Positions 10,915 to 24,321 of a stretch of DNA of 64,000 nucleotides are shown piece after piece; position 1 is the stretch's first letter, and every line of letters starts with the position of its first letter. The DNA is taken from positions 15,314,001 to 15,378,000 of the forward strand of contig JBITNC010000002.1 of NCBI GenBank assembly GCA_050084985.1, written 5' to 3'. A model generated the notes under the pieces. It had not been told where the DNA came from. It was given only the letters and a program-made list of their open reading frames with translations, and made no database searches. Both the position numbers and the translations under genes were made by a program. The DNA is from Nageia nagi (Eukaryota; Plantae; Pinophyta).

Positions 10915-13900
10915 TGTCTACATCCTAAAGAGGTGTCTCCCATAGTGCAAAGCTTATGTAGATACGTAATGATCGAGAAAATAATCTCTAGCCGGATAGG
11001 TGAGGCCTCAAATTGTGTAAGGACAACAAGAGTAAGAGACTGTGCCCTTGCATTGAATGAATTTCCAAAGAAAATTTGTCTAAACTTGTTCAACAGGAGA
11101 CCATTATGTCATACCAAGATTGGGTCCCCATATCTCTAACCCATAGGTTATAGTTGCTTTAAACAAGGTATCAATGATCTTAATCTACACTGGAACATCC
11201 TAGAAGTGGGTTCTAAAACAACTCCATTTGAGTGAGGTGAGGGTTGCATATTCCTTACAAATGCAAGCTTAGGCAACAAGCTTCATTTGAAAGGTGGGTC
11301 TTGTGAAAAGAACTCAACGTATACATAGGAGGTGGTGATCTCTATCGCTCGTCCTTGAAGATGGAAATGAAGATGGGATGCATCCTCCTTGGTGGTATTC
11401 AACACCATAACCTAGGTCTTAGAAAGGTTCATTGTTAATTATCTCAAAGTACAAAAATTGACTAATGCATCCAATTGACGCTAGAGCCCCTTAGGAGTTG
11501 AAGCTAGAAGGATAACATCATCAACGAAAAGCAGGATAGAAAGAAAAACATTGTGAAGTAAGCAATTGTCTTTTGTATGTATATGTGCTTGGATAAATGA
11601 CTTGAGCTCATCTATGAAGATCCCCAAAAATGTAGGGAAGGGGGCAGCCTTGTTTCACTTCTATGGAGTTAAGAATGCTGTTAGAGAGGCCTGGAAGGAG
11701 CAAAAGCATCCTCTCATTGTCTTATACAATCCAAACATTGTCGCAAAAAACTCTTCAAAGATGCCAACCAACTAGACTCTCTTGAATAGCATATGTCAAA
11801 GCACTACGTCGAAAGCTTTCCTAAGTCCACAAATCAACAATACACTCTCAAGGATCTGAAATGTGCCTCCTATAATAGTCGTAAGGACTAGGATATGGTT
11901 TGTACTTTAGTAGTTTTGATGAAAACCAGCTTGGCCCGAGGCCTTGTGTCCGTCATCCTCCAACCTGTAAGATAGAAGCACATCTAATATTGTGGAATAA
12001 AGCTTGGCAAAGACATGTTTAATCATGATGGTCCACTACTTGTTAGGTTCTTGTGGATCTCTCATCTTGTGCATGGGGTGGATGATATATTGATTTCACA
12101 AATTAGGGACCTTAGCGAATAGTGAAGTTGAAGAGATTGATAAGAGGCACAATAAGTGAGTTAATGCCATGCTTCAAGAATTTTGCTTTTAGTCCATCCA
12201 GATCTATTGCTTTACTGATGCAAAGTTTTTGGATAGCCTACTTGATATGTCCAATAGTGAAAAGAAGTAAGGGGGAAGGAACCCTGATAAGAGGTTGATT
12301 GGAGATGGCATAAAGGGAAGAGGCATGGAAGGCCCAAGTGGAAAGATTGATTTCATAGTTGGTATGGTTCCTGGGAAGGATAAGATGCCAAAAGGATTTA
12401 GGAGAATGTCATAGGGATATCATTTATACGTGGAATCTCGTTTGAAGTTACTTCCTCGTGCAAAATCCTGCTCATAGGACCCTGTTTCCGTTTTCTTTTT
12501 AGCCAAAAGGGTGTCATCCTTCTCTTACCAATTATAAGATCAACAAGGCCATATTCCAAGGTCTCTTCTGCTGACATAAAAAAATCTTTGTCTAATTGAT
12601 TCAAAATGATGATCATGTCTACGCTGAGAGAGGAATAGATGTTTCTTCTTTCGAAGGAGCTCTATGTATGCTTTATGGGAAGTTGTTGCAAGCTAGGGAG
12701 AGAAATGAACGATGTGTTTCGATGGAAGATCTAACAAAGCCAAGTTCCTTGAGATCTAATTCACGAGTTTGCGTCTCATCCTCTCTAATTTCATGGAGAG
12801 GAACCTACAAAGAGCTAATCCGAGCATTAAAGTCTCCCATCAACAACACCTCTTTTGTAGTTGAGTACCTAGTAATGTCCTCATAGAGGTCCTAGTAGGG
12901 GTGTTCATTGATGTACATAGCAAAATTGGACGTGATGGGGGAAAAGTAGCAAATGGCAATGAAAATATCCCAAAGGAGGTGAAGATAATGAAGCCTAAAC
13001 CAAAGGAACCTATAGTGGAACCAAAGGATACTAGTGTAATTGCACTATGGAGTGAATCTCAAATAAGAACAACCTCTACTCTTGAACCTTTGACTCCTTC
13101 TAAGCAATGAGTGGTTTGATGACAATTGGACCACCAAAAGTATCAATTGATGGGTGGTAGGGCCTGCTCAAGACTCTCATGAGTCTCACATATGACGATA
13201 ATATTGTGTCCATTAATCACTTTTGCAAGTGATCCAAGGACGAACCATGTCATACCATTACAATTCCAACAAGATATAGTTAGTTTTTCATTATGCCCTT
13301 TGCAATGTCAAGTGAGTCATTTGGTGGGTTAAGGATTAGGCCACCTTAGTGGAGGGAAGTCCTTGATGATGGCATGCAAATTGCAAATTATTGTCCATTT
13401 GTTGGCCTTTCAAACCACAACTATTTGTTCCTTGGCTTTCTTTAGTTCATCAGCTTGTAATTGTGTGAGGTCCTCGTCTAGGTAGATCTTATTTAGATGA
13501 TTGAATAATTTTTGTTTGGCTCATAAAACCATCATACATTCTTCAACATTCTTGAAGTGAATCACCCCATTTGGGAACCCCACAAACCTAAGGTTAAGGG
13601 CCTTGGCATTACAGATTTTCTCTTTTTCAAGCATGGTTTTGATTAAAAGTTTGACTAGTGTAGGAGGACACTTCTTCCCAATCACTACCTAGACCCCACA
13701 AACCTAAGGTTAAGGGCCTTGGCATTACAGATTTTCTCTTTTTCAAGCGTGGTTTTGATTACAAGTTTGACTAGTGTAGGAGGACTCTTCTTCCCAATCA
13801 CTACGTAGACCTAAGACTGTTGATCAACTAATTTCTAGGTTTGTTTAGTGGATGCTTCCGAAAAGTGTTCTTGTTCAATTGAAAGAGCAGTATGAGTTTT

Positions 13901-14270
13901 GAATAGACCGTTTTGTGTGTGCAAATTGTAGTTGGTTGATATAGTTTATTAGTCCTAGATTTTTCCCTCAAGTTATGTAATGAGTATGTTGCCATTGTTT
14001 ATGTGTGCAGATTGTAGTTGGTTGATATAGTTTATTAGTCCTAGGTTTTTCCCTCAAGTTATGTAATGAGTATGTTGCCATTGTTTACTGAGTCCTATTG
14101 GGTGAGGATGATGTTGTTCTATGTAGTTTATAATTTCAAGAGAGATACGACCTGTTGTTCTAAGTCCTTGGATCACTTTTCGAAGCCATTGTGGTGTGGC
14201 ATGGCCCAAAGAAAAAGTGTCTTCCTTAGAGTCTCGTGGCTCATACATGCAGCTTGAGTTATCCTCCATT
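10915..14270 (-). mobile_element. Degenerate LINE (ORF1 + APE + RT), probably not canonical plant L1
   Basis: ORF1-like KALNLRFVGFP and KIYLDEDLT; endonuclease SCWNCNG, IVICETHE, LLMGDFNAR; RT TIMIKHVFAKLYSTIL..GQAGF, RKAFD, LLFVDDVILLA..RQLDAL..NLSKT.VMV. Many stops. Internal tandem duplications at ~13575-13810 and ~13915-14090. Confidence 0.8.
12405..12616 (-). pseudogene. clpP: clpP-like C-terminal fragment captured inside the LINE
   Basis: LDKDFFMSAEETLEYGLVDLI resembles the ClpP C-terminal consensus (xRDxFMSAxEAxxYGxVDxV). It interrupts the LINE between the APE and RT domains. Confidence 0.6.
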
Positions 14271-14629
14271 CTAGATGAGGCTCAGGAGCAAATGCCAGAC
14301 AAGATTTTATTATTCATGTACGCTCAAACATGCATAATCATGCAACAAAAATATTTCTCAAACGCCAAAGGAGATGTTGCATGCTCACCCAAACAAGTCA
14401 AGATGGTTGCTCAAACACCAAATGCGGCTTAGAGGCGAACATGCACGAATAGGTAGGAGCGGACGAGCAAGAACAAACAACACAAAACCACAATCACACA
14501 CATAACAATCTCATGCACAACAAACAAATAAGGCATGGAGGATGTAACATGACACAAACATAGACAAGGGGTGCTCAACTAAGCACCAAAAGAAAGGCAC
14601 ATGATTGAGCAAAGGTAGTTCATAAAGGA

Positions 14630-15490
14630 TGTAATGTCCTCAATTTTAAGAAACCTTGTAGAAGGTATAACTTTTGTCACAATTCTTGGATCACCAATTT
14701 GTCTTCTGGAATGGATGGAGAATCTTCTACCAATCGTTTTGACAGGTCACACGACATGGTTCCGTCAAGAAACAAAGGAGATGGACTTTTGAAGTTTGCC
14801 CAAGAAACCAGTATTCTAATATTGCAACAAGAGAAAGTGGGCTAGGGGAAAGTTATTTTATTTCAAGTCAGCCAGGAGTTTAATTATTGGTAATTTCAAG
14901 GTAAAGACACCTATAAAAGGGAGAGATATTCACCACTTAATCATCATCATATCACATTTGATCTTAAATCATCTCAGAGTTGGGGTTGCTCCCCTCTCTT
15001 CCTTCTACGGACTACGGCTGCTCCCTAGCCTAGAAGTGGCCTATTCGCACTTACACTCACTTGGAGAGCTTGTGCCAGCCCTGGGAGCCATCTTCAGCCT
15101 TGCGCCAGCTTTTAGGAGTCTTTGTTAAGCATTTTTGGAGTCTTGGGCTATGCCCTAGAATTTGTTATGGGCTTGTTACAACCCTATACTTATTCTTGGT
15201 AATCATTCATGATATTTGGCTCTTATATTATGCTTCGAATGTGAATGAATGTTCTCCTATTACTGTTGTATTGTTATCATTCGTTATGCATGAGAATGTA
15301 TGCGGATTAGAGTATCTTGGAGGCATATTACTATTATGTTACAGATCTGCAATTGTGCCCCAATTTGGTTGGTTTCGCATGTTGTATGAGCTTCTTCACT
15401 ACTATATATCAGATTTGGTTACAGTTATTATAATTCAGCCTTGAGAGCATACTTGAATGATTGTTGAGCATTTATAGTTGTGCCCTACTT
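14630..15490 (+). mobile_element. Possible LTR remnant
   Basis: Starts TGTAATGTCC, with CTATAAAAGGG at ~14911. No clear 3' end or TSD. Confidence 0.35.
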
Positions 15491-17006
15491 TATGAATGAA
15501 GTGGAATTGTGTTGAGTAATTGTGCATGATTGGCATCAGCCCTAGAAGGGTACATAACAAAGGATGCATGAGAGATAGAGGGCAATCGAATAGGAGGCAC
15601 TAGAACCTTAATCACCAATGACAAACATGCGCAAATGCCAAGGACGATCATGCATAAACACCAGGGACGAACATGCCGAAGATGAACATGTCCATCTAAG
15701 GACGTACACGCAGATGCTAGGGATGAACAAAAAGCGAAATGGCTCAAAAATGGAAAAAAGATGTTGGGGAAGCAAAAGAAAAAGAAAAACGAAACCAACG
15801 AGGTGATCCAAATGGGAGCTTAGACCAAATAAACAAAGGAGTGAAAAAAAATGGAAAAAGAGGAAGAGTTTGAAGGTTGGAAGTCATATGGCCAAGGTGT
15901 GACTTGTTCTTTCATGTGGTTGGTGTACTTTAGATGGGTAGATTAAGTTAGTGATAGGACATCTATGATAAATGACATAAGTTTACATGAAATTTTAGTT
16001 GCTTCTTCAAACCAAACTAATTTTATATCTTTGTTAGTTGGTTTTGATGTTTGTGTCTTCTTTGAGCTCTTTTGGACATCATGAAGTTTAAGTGAAGCCC
16101 TTGTTGAGGGCTTCTCACGTGACGTATTGTGTATTTTGCTCTTGGAGATGGTTCAACTTTTGAAATTTCTTTTAGACATCTTTATTTTTACATTTTTTTG
16201 CCATTTGAGAAAGACATAAGGCACATTTGATGTAGTCCCTTCTCTTGTCCATCTTTAAGGTGACCTATATCTTTGAAGAGGAGCATTGTGCTTGGCTTTG
16301 GCAGCGTGACCCACCCTATGTGCCATTGTTGAGGCCTTATATGCACATTGATATTTCGAATCGTGGATGGCACTATTTGGGTGCACATAACCGTGAGAAA
16401 TTTGTGTTTGTAATCTTGGTCTTGTTATCAACAATATTAAAGAGGATGTTGGTGCATTGTCACCCTCCTATGAGATCATCAATTCCCTTGCCAATATTAT
16501 ATGAGGGTGCTACGATATGGTATTGTCGAGGGTGACTTTATGTAAGTTTAATAATATATAAGGTCAATCACAATGTAGGCCAGTATTATTTGCCTAAATA
16601 AATCTCCAATTTAAAGGAGTATCCCAAAGCTTCATAGGTCAATCAATTATGAACATCTCTTGAATTCTTATCATTAGGTGATAAACATTTTTCTTCTTCT
16701 ACATATAAATTTTGTCATATGATACTTTTTGTGTTCCTTGTCTATTTTTTTGTGTTGTATGGATGTGTGTGATAAATTGTTGATCATTGTATATCCTTAT
16801 GATTTCCTTCATTTCCATGGTGTTGATGTAATGGTTGTATTGTTTGTATTTCCCATTTCCTTTGCCAAACATCTAAAGTACTTCTTTTGTCAAGATAAAG
16901 ATGTACCTTGAAGGCATTTAGGTTACTTGTTAAAATTGAAGGAGCTGTTATTAGGTTTCAAGAATGCAAAAAGGAATATTGCAAAGTTTAATTCTTTCTC
17001 GCATTT

Positions 17007-18008
17007 TGTGACGTCCCCCTTGCATGGATGTAATTAATTGTGGAACGCAACGGTTTCCTCTTGTAGTATATTTTATTATTGCATTGTACTTTCATGTTTG
17101 TAACTTGGGATAGAAGATTTAATGGATCAATGGACCCCATTGTGAGCCCCAAGTGGGACGTCTCCCTCCCAAGCTTAGATTAGGAGTTATTATTGTACTT
17201 GGACATCCCGATCTTGATTGTGGGAATCCCAAGGTCTATTACTACACTTAGATGAATGGATAGGCACCTATATGCATGTGCCAGCCTTCGGGAGGCTCCC
17301 ATAACCCCACATTGGCCCAACATGACACCTAGATCCCACGCATGACCCCTTGACCCACATGGACATGCACAAGCCTCCTAGACCCCCACATTGGCACTTA
17401 GTGCACTCTAGGCCTCCACGTTGGCATGCCTAACCCCTAGGCACACACGTTGGGTATTTTGGGCCCCCAAGAGGCTAACGTTGAGATTAAGGAGACAGGT
17501 GATGACTCCTAGGTGAGATCCAAACAGGGTTGAGTGTATAACGAGACATTGGAGCCTCATTACTGGATATACCTGATTATACATTTATCTCTTGATACCG
17601 TCCTGTGGACACAAGATTTAGCGATGCTAAGCAATCCCCTAGGTGCAGCATCTAAGAGAGCTTTCAGGCTGAGGGATCTCGATCATCTACGGCATTGGTG
17701 TAGCACCCTTGCCCATCTAGTGGTATTCCGAGGTATAACTTCTACCTTCAATGGTTAGCCAGGGTTTGAGGAGGACTCCTTCGGTGGAGAGGATTCAAAT
17801 TCTAAGGGGCAATATTGTCCCATGATTCGTTATCCATCCAGCAGTGAGAGACATTTGACTATGCTCTAGTTGGCTCCTTGAAGGCCAACATCAGCCCTAT
17901 TAGGGTCTGGTATTGTATTGTTGTCATTCTATATCATACATACAGCTGTTGGGTGCATACTTGTGTTTTTGAGTTTAATTGCACTTGAGTTGTATTTGGA
18001 TCTTTACA
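17007..18008. mobile_element. Solo LTR, family A, copy 2
   Basis: TG...CA termini, TSD CATTT/CATTC. Shares blocks such as ACTTGGGATAGAAGA, GAGCCCCAAGTGGGAC and GGCTCCTTGxAGGCCAACAT with copy 1. Confidence 0.8.
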
Positions 18009-19554
18009 CATTCTGACACATTCATGGTTCCACTAGTAGACTATTTTCTATTGCTAAAGTTTCACCCTTAAGCTATAGTTCTACAGGCTAAAAGTGACTC
18101 ATCTAACATGTTACCCATCTTCTCCATTGCATCCAAAAGTTTCTCAAAGGCCTAAATTGTTTACACACAAAGGCAATGGAAAAAGACGCATCCAAAGAGG
18201 ACAAGTAAGATATTCCTTGCAATCTTCTCAATTATATCTAAGAGCAGCCTCTCATGACAGAATCCTTCAGCCCTTAACTTCGGCAACAGGGGTTGGTAAC
18301 CTTAAAAGGCAATGCTAATGATCCAAAAATAAACACTTCAAAATTGAAGTTCAAGAAGATAGAGAGGAAAAACAAACCCATATGTCATGACTGTTGTTAG
18401 ATATTATATACAAGAAATAAGTATATGACATATGAAGCAGGCTAAGGACCGTAAACCTTCTGTCAAAAGGGATGGTCATGGATGAAGCAAATCCTCTAGA
18501 AATTTAGGCATTTCCCAAAAGCTCAATAGACGAAATAAGCTTCCTGAAACCTACATGGAGCCTTTGTTAAAGCATCGATAAAACGAATGAAAGAGAGTCA
18601 AATAATGGCCTTGTTTACTCCATGACACTACATATATGCAATATTTGATTATTTGGTAGTTACTTTCAGGCTTGTCTAATATTGACTGGTCACATGATTT
18701 GAAAAATCATCAAGTTAGCACATTTACTCATGCTACCCAGCACTTTTTTTGCCTTCGCAAGTTTCTCAGTTTCAGGCGAGAAACCTGCGAGAACTCATGA
18801 GAAATTCACTGACTGACCAAACAAAATGTTACAAAAAAAAACAAATATTTTGCAGAATCCGTGGGTATAAAGAGAAAAAAGGGACTTTTTTTTGTCTGTC
18901 ATTTCGTCCCTATTTTGTTCCATTTCACTCTACAAGTCTATGTTTTGAGGATTTGAAGTTTCTCCATCAATTTCAAACTTTTCACCATGGATTTCGAGCT
19001 TTCCACCAAGGATTTCACCATGGATTTCTCTATCTAATAGAAAATCAACTTTGAGAGTCTCTAATTTTGTATTTAAATAATTTTTTGTATGTTTTCCATG
19101 GTCAAGGTTTTCTTTATCAAGTCATCAAGTACTCTCCAAAATTTTCCTTGTTGAGTACTCTCTAAGTACAAGTTTTCCAACTATTGCTAGTCATAAGGGC
19201 CCTCACATAAACACAAACACTAGTTATGTTTAGCTCTCTGTGCATGAAATATCAGATATCCACTGTTTGCTGTTCTGTGATACAATAGGTCGGGTTGAGT
19301 GGTTGATATAATAACTAGCAAATAAAAGCAATTTTATAGTCTTTTTTAAAGGCACTCTTTAAGGTCTTATAAATAGCAGCCCCTCTATAATACATTGTAT
19401 TTGCAACTTAATTGGAAACTGGACTATTCCAGTTTTAGGTATAGGTGAGGATATTTTTGTAAATTGCAAGATGAAATCTTATCGTCAAAATTTTAAATTT
19501 TTCCTCTAAAATAAAATATTACTTTCACTGATCAGAAAAATAAAGATAATATAC

Positions 19555-19653
19555 CTCATGCATTTGCCAATAATCATAAAATAAAGTCAACTTGCACTGG
19601 ACAAGCTCAGGCTTAGCCTTTCTGCTTCGATCATCATCTCCTTTCAACACAAC
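19555..19653 (-). CDS. TRM5: TRM5 exon 2
   Basis: ctttcag|GTT...GAG|gtat; 99 nt, phase 0/0; VVLKGDDDRSRKAKPELVQCKLTLFYDYWQMHE. Not in the ORF track. Confidence 0.9.
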
Positions 19654-20511
19654 CTGAAAGGGCTATAGCATCATTAATTTTTTGTTGCAAGAAGTAGAAA
19701 ACGTTGGACTGAAAGATATTAACAAATTAGTCTTCAGGCAAGAAAGACAGATATTTTATCAGCCCCATAAAAACTTTCCTAAAAAAACAATAACCTGAGA
19801 GTCAATGCTTTATATCCCACCTTTTTTGTTCCAGACACAAACTATATTCTTACTTTGCAAATAGCAAAATATATTTTTTATGACAAAAAGAAGAGAGAGA
19901 ACACTCTTGGGACATTTAATGATGACCAGGATACAAATTTTATACATATGTTAGGCAAGGTATATTTCATTTCATTTATTTCGACATATCAATATATGCA
20001 TGTAGATGAATTAGATATTGAGGTATTTCCTGCACTCCAAACTAAAAAAATGGAGGAGCATCATCTGGGATTTGATAAGTTTTAGGAGATCCTTGTCCTG
20101 CCAATTATATAATTATGATTTATTTGTGGCTCAAAATGGCATAAATGCCAGCCCATAAGAATGAGAGATATGTTTCCAGATTTAATTTTATATTGATATA
20201 TATGAATGAAGTATGAAAACCGCGGGGAAATTATATTTCCTAATCTAAATTCTGAACTTTTCTTTTTGTCAAAAGTTAAAATGCACTTTTTTGTATGGAT
20301 TTATCTTTATTTCTTTCTGATTTCCTCTGATATGCCAGAAGTTCCTGAATTGATATACTAAAGACATGACACTAATTCACACAATGTCAAAATGTACAAG
20401 TGTCACACAACTAGATTTGCCCCAGCCTAGAGACTGAATATATGCAAGTGTTGTGTTTCATAAATAAAATAAAAAGCATTATGCAGATTCTAAATCCACA
20501 TTATTTAGGTC

Positions 20512-22415
20512 TGTGATGGGTGTCTCTCCTGTGGAAGCTATGGGAGCAGACTTATCAAGAGATATGTGGTATTCTACGGAAAAGATCACGCCTGCACAGA
20601 TGAAACTGATTAACAATATGAACAGAATAATCACACAATATATAATTAACAATAGTAAGCAAAGGAAGACATATTAATCAAAATAACAATAAAGAAATAT
20701 GAACTTCACTATAAATATCACAAGCCTCTTCAAGGGGCAACTTCCTTCTTCAGCAAGCTCAACACAATTATCCAAGCTAAGCTTTTTCATATGGGTGCAT
20801 CACCTTTCTATTTCATATTCCATCACATATGCTTTCTACCTGAATTCCTTACATCTTACATATTCTACTTCATCTACTTCTAACACCTATGCTCTTACAC
20901 AATATGTCGTTACACTTGTCTTTTATTCCGCTTCACCTGATCACTATTCTTATTGTTACATAACTCGTAAAGAGGTGAGTATGTAACATGCCACCCCAAA
21001 TTAAAAAGCTTTAACCTCAAAGCTTGAAGTCTGGGAACTGTTGCCAGATGATGTGGATTGGTTCCCAAGTAGCATCTTCTAGTTATAGGCCCTACCATTG
21101 AACAAGAACTTATGAGATTGTACAGGAGTGAAGCTAATGGGTTCTATGGTTGATAATAGCCACTCGTCAGAGTAATAGGAAGCCTTCTTCCTCCAATTCA
21201 GGAAGTGCCATTTGTACCAGTGTATTGTTGTCAAGCACCCTTTTAAGATAGGATACACGGAATACAAGGTGTATTTTGGAAGTGGAAGGCAACTCTAATT
21301 TGTCTGAAACTAGACCAATTTTTTGCAAAACTTAATAGGGCCCATAGAACTTAGGAGTAAGCTTTTAATGGTCCTTCAATTTCAATAAGTTTTGCTAATA
21401 ACGTTGGAGTCAAACGAAAACCATATCTGCTACTACAAATTGGCATTCAAACCTATGTTAGTCATCTTGTTTTGGGTTGCTGCGAAGTTGTCCTTGAGGA
21501 TCCTAAGTAGCTCCTATTGCCTTGTGATTGTTGAATCTACAGCATCAACCCTAGGGCTGCCTAGTAGGTAAGAGACCAAGGACGATGGTGGTTGCTCATG
21601 TAAGGCTTCATATGGCATCATTTTATTAGATAAGTGGTAGGACATGTTGTACTACCATTTTGCTAATGAAAGCCGCCGACTCCATTTGGATTGTACAACT
21701 TGGATTGTTGTTCAGATGCACACCATTTGAGGTGCATCTCCAAACATTTGTTCACAAATCCTATTTGTCCATACTATATAAGTACTATTCCGAATCCCAC
21801 TCTTGAAGAATCACTTTCATTAGTGAATGTTTTGGTGAAGTCTAACATTGTTAATACCAAGGTGGTAGACATAGCATGCTTGAGTTGTTCAAATGCTAGA
21901 ACTGTTGCCTCTGTCCACCGGAATTAGTTCTTGTGTAGCACAGCACTAAGTCGGGTTGCAAATTTTCCATGGTCTTTGACAAATTTGCAGTAATGCCTTA
22001 TCAATCCAAGGAATTCTCTCAAATGCTTCAATGTGTTGGACATCAACCAATTCACCATGGCATCAATCTTTTTTGGATCAACTCAAATACTCTCCTTGGA
22101 GACAATGTGTCCCAAATATACAACCTCCTAGATACCAAATGCACATTTAGAACTCTTCACAAATAATTGATGGTATTGAAGCAATTGCAACACCAATGCA
22201 ATGTGTTGAAGGTTGTCCACACATGATGTACTATAGATGAGAACATCATCAAAGAACACCAACACAAACTTTCAGAGGCAGAGCTTGAGCACTTGATTCA
22301 CGAGGCTTTGTAAAGTGGATGGTGCGTTAATGAGGCCAAATGGCGTGATAAGGAACTCATCGTGACCTTCATGAGTTTGAAAAGTAGCTTTTGGAATGTG
22401 GGCAGATTGAATCCG
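20512..22415 (-). mobile_element. Truncated chromovirus-type Gypsy in TRM5 intron 1
   Basis: RT motifs THEGH.EFL.TPFGL.NAPST and VLVFFDDVLIYS; integrase C-terminus; chromodomain-like DATWEPI; PPT (..TTTGGGGTGGCA) then LTR 20988-20512 (TGTT..CA). Confidence 0.8.
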
Positions 22416-23475
22416 AGTATACATCACCTAACAACAGTTTTGTTTCCACTTTATGTTATCCCCCAATGCATATCACCAGCCTGTGTATTGCAAGTTCAAG
22501 ACTATTGATAGAATTTTTAACAATAGTAAGGGCCTCCAAACTTTAAGTGTCCATGAGCAACTAAAATGTATGGCCATTTGCTATGTGCCAAGTTGTCTCT
22601 TTCTAATTTCAATTCTTATACTGGCAATCACAATTCTTGTCTCTTCTCTATCTCAATCTATCAGCCCAATTTTTAGCGGAATTAATGTATGCTCGCACAG
22701 GTAAGCTAAAATACCAAAGTCCAGACTTTATGAGGATTGTCATCATCTTTGGATCAGTATCTGCAAGGTTATTTAATATCTAACTTTGAAGAAGCTAAAC
22801 GAGTTACTATGCTATAGTCCTTGTAATATAAGGTAAAAATGTAGTCTTATAAGTCCACGCTTGGCAACACTACCACATGGTGAAGGAAAATCCTCTTCTT
22901 TTTTCAAGGAAACTTATCACTTCATCCATCTGTATATATCACAATCACAACGTTTGGACTTATATCACTGAGTATCTGTGGGTGTTGAAAGACAAAAGGA
23001 TGTTTTAGAATAAACATTGAAAAACAAAAAGAAAAAATACAAATTTAAATCCAAAACTATAAAACACATCCAAATTAAGATATCAAACAGTTTCCATTAC
23101 CATGCTTTAATGTCCTTATTGTTAAAGTTTTCTATCAAAATAAAACACCACCCTGTTTTAGCCTGCTATTAAAGCTATGGGTAAAGTGGATAATTTTAAT
23201 AGTGAAGGCCAAATCCAAAATCGTCATTCTTCCTTGTAAGATGGAATGTGCAGCAAAAATGAGTTTCGAGCCGCTGTTCGCACTTCCTTTCGGGACATGG
23301 CACTGGCATTGCAGCGCGTGACATAGAGAATTCCTATGTGGAATAGGTGACTAACGTTCAAGCTAAAACAAAATGCTATCAAACATTGCAGTTAGTAGCT
23401 GAGAAAAACTCAAAATAGATAAATAAATAAATAAAATTCAAAGGTGACATATATATTGGAGCAGAATGCGGAAAC

Positions 23476-24321
23476 CTGCACAGCTTGTGGCAGCTCTGAA
23501 ACAGATTTGTTTGCATGGCGTTGATCCAAAAGCAGCAACCTCGTCGGCCCTCTCCATTGCTTTATCCTATAATCTTCCCCCAACAATCCACTCAAATCTT
23601 CACCATCGTCCCCATTTCCATCCTCCACCACCTCAACAACAGCATATTCATCCCCATTCCTCCTCCTCCCACCATTCTTACTACTATTCTTTGAGCCAAG
23701 TCCCTTTTCACTCATCTTCTTCTTCTTTTTTGGGCGCGAAATGTGTGCGAGCTTTCTGAAATAAACGTAACCCTTGCTGTTAAATTTCTCTGCAATTTCC
23801 ACTCTCTCCGCAAGACCAGTGTCGCATTGAACAACCCCTGCTAAAACTTCAGCCTGCTTGCCATCCTCTCTGAAAAGCTCCTCAAATTGGGGATCCACGT
23901 CATCACCAGGAACCCTAGCAATGTTCCGAATACGAGGCCAGTTGAGCAAATGCCCTTTTAATCTCCCCTGAAGTACATGGCATTCCTCGGCGGCGACCCT
24001 CAGCGCTGCCACATCGAACACCCGTGCAAGGGAGTCCCTATCCACATAATTGCTCTCATGGCTGCCATTATCATTTTCGCATAATTTTCGACCCTTGGCC
24101 AAGGAAGGGCCGTAGTCGATAATGGCGTCGAAGTCGAAAGAAGAATCCTGCGGCGCTCTGGTTATGGAATAGACATCAGAATTTCTGTTGAGTTTATAGC
24201 AGAGAGATTTGATGTTGTTTCTGCTGTGGATGCGGGGGAAAACCCATGGATACCGATTTGGTGAAGAGGGGAAGAGGACGAGGAGTGCTGTGCGCGGCTG
24301 TAGATAACGAATTTGCAGCAT
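23476..24321 (-). CDS. TRM5: tRNA (guanine37-N1)-methyltransferase, organellar TRM5b-like, exon 1
   Basis: 282 codons from ATG to a CAG|GTTTCC donor. Contains RVFDVAALRV..LKGHLLNWPRIRNIARVPGD and WRGPTRLLLLD, as recalled for the plant TRM5b N-terminal region. The N-terminus looks like a transit peptide (S/R/P rich). Confidence 0.9.

Noticed and set aside
6532-18008. Single 11.5 kb LTR retrotransposon
   Set aside because: Each repeat has its own TSD, and no PBS/PPT was seen at the inner edges.
23466-23759. His/Pro-rich ORF on the plus strand
   Set aside because: Antisense shadow of TRM5 exon 1. The same applies to the plus-strand ORFs over Vps62 and the Copia at 27304.
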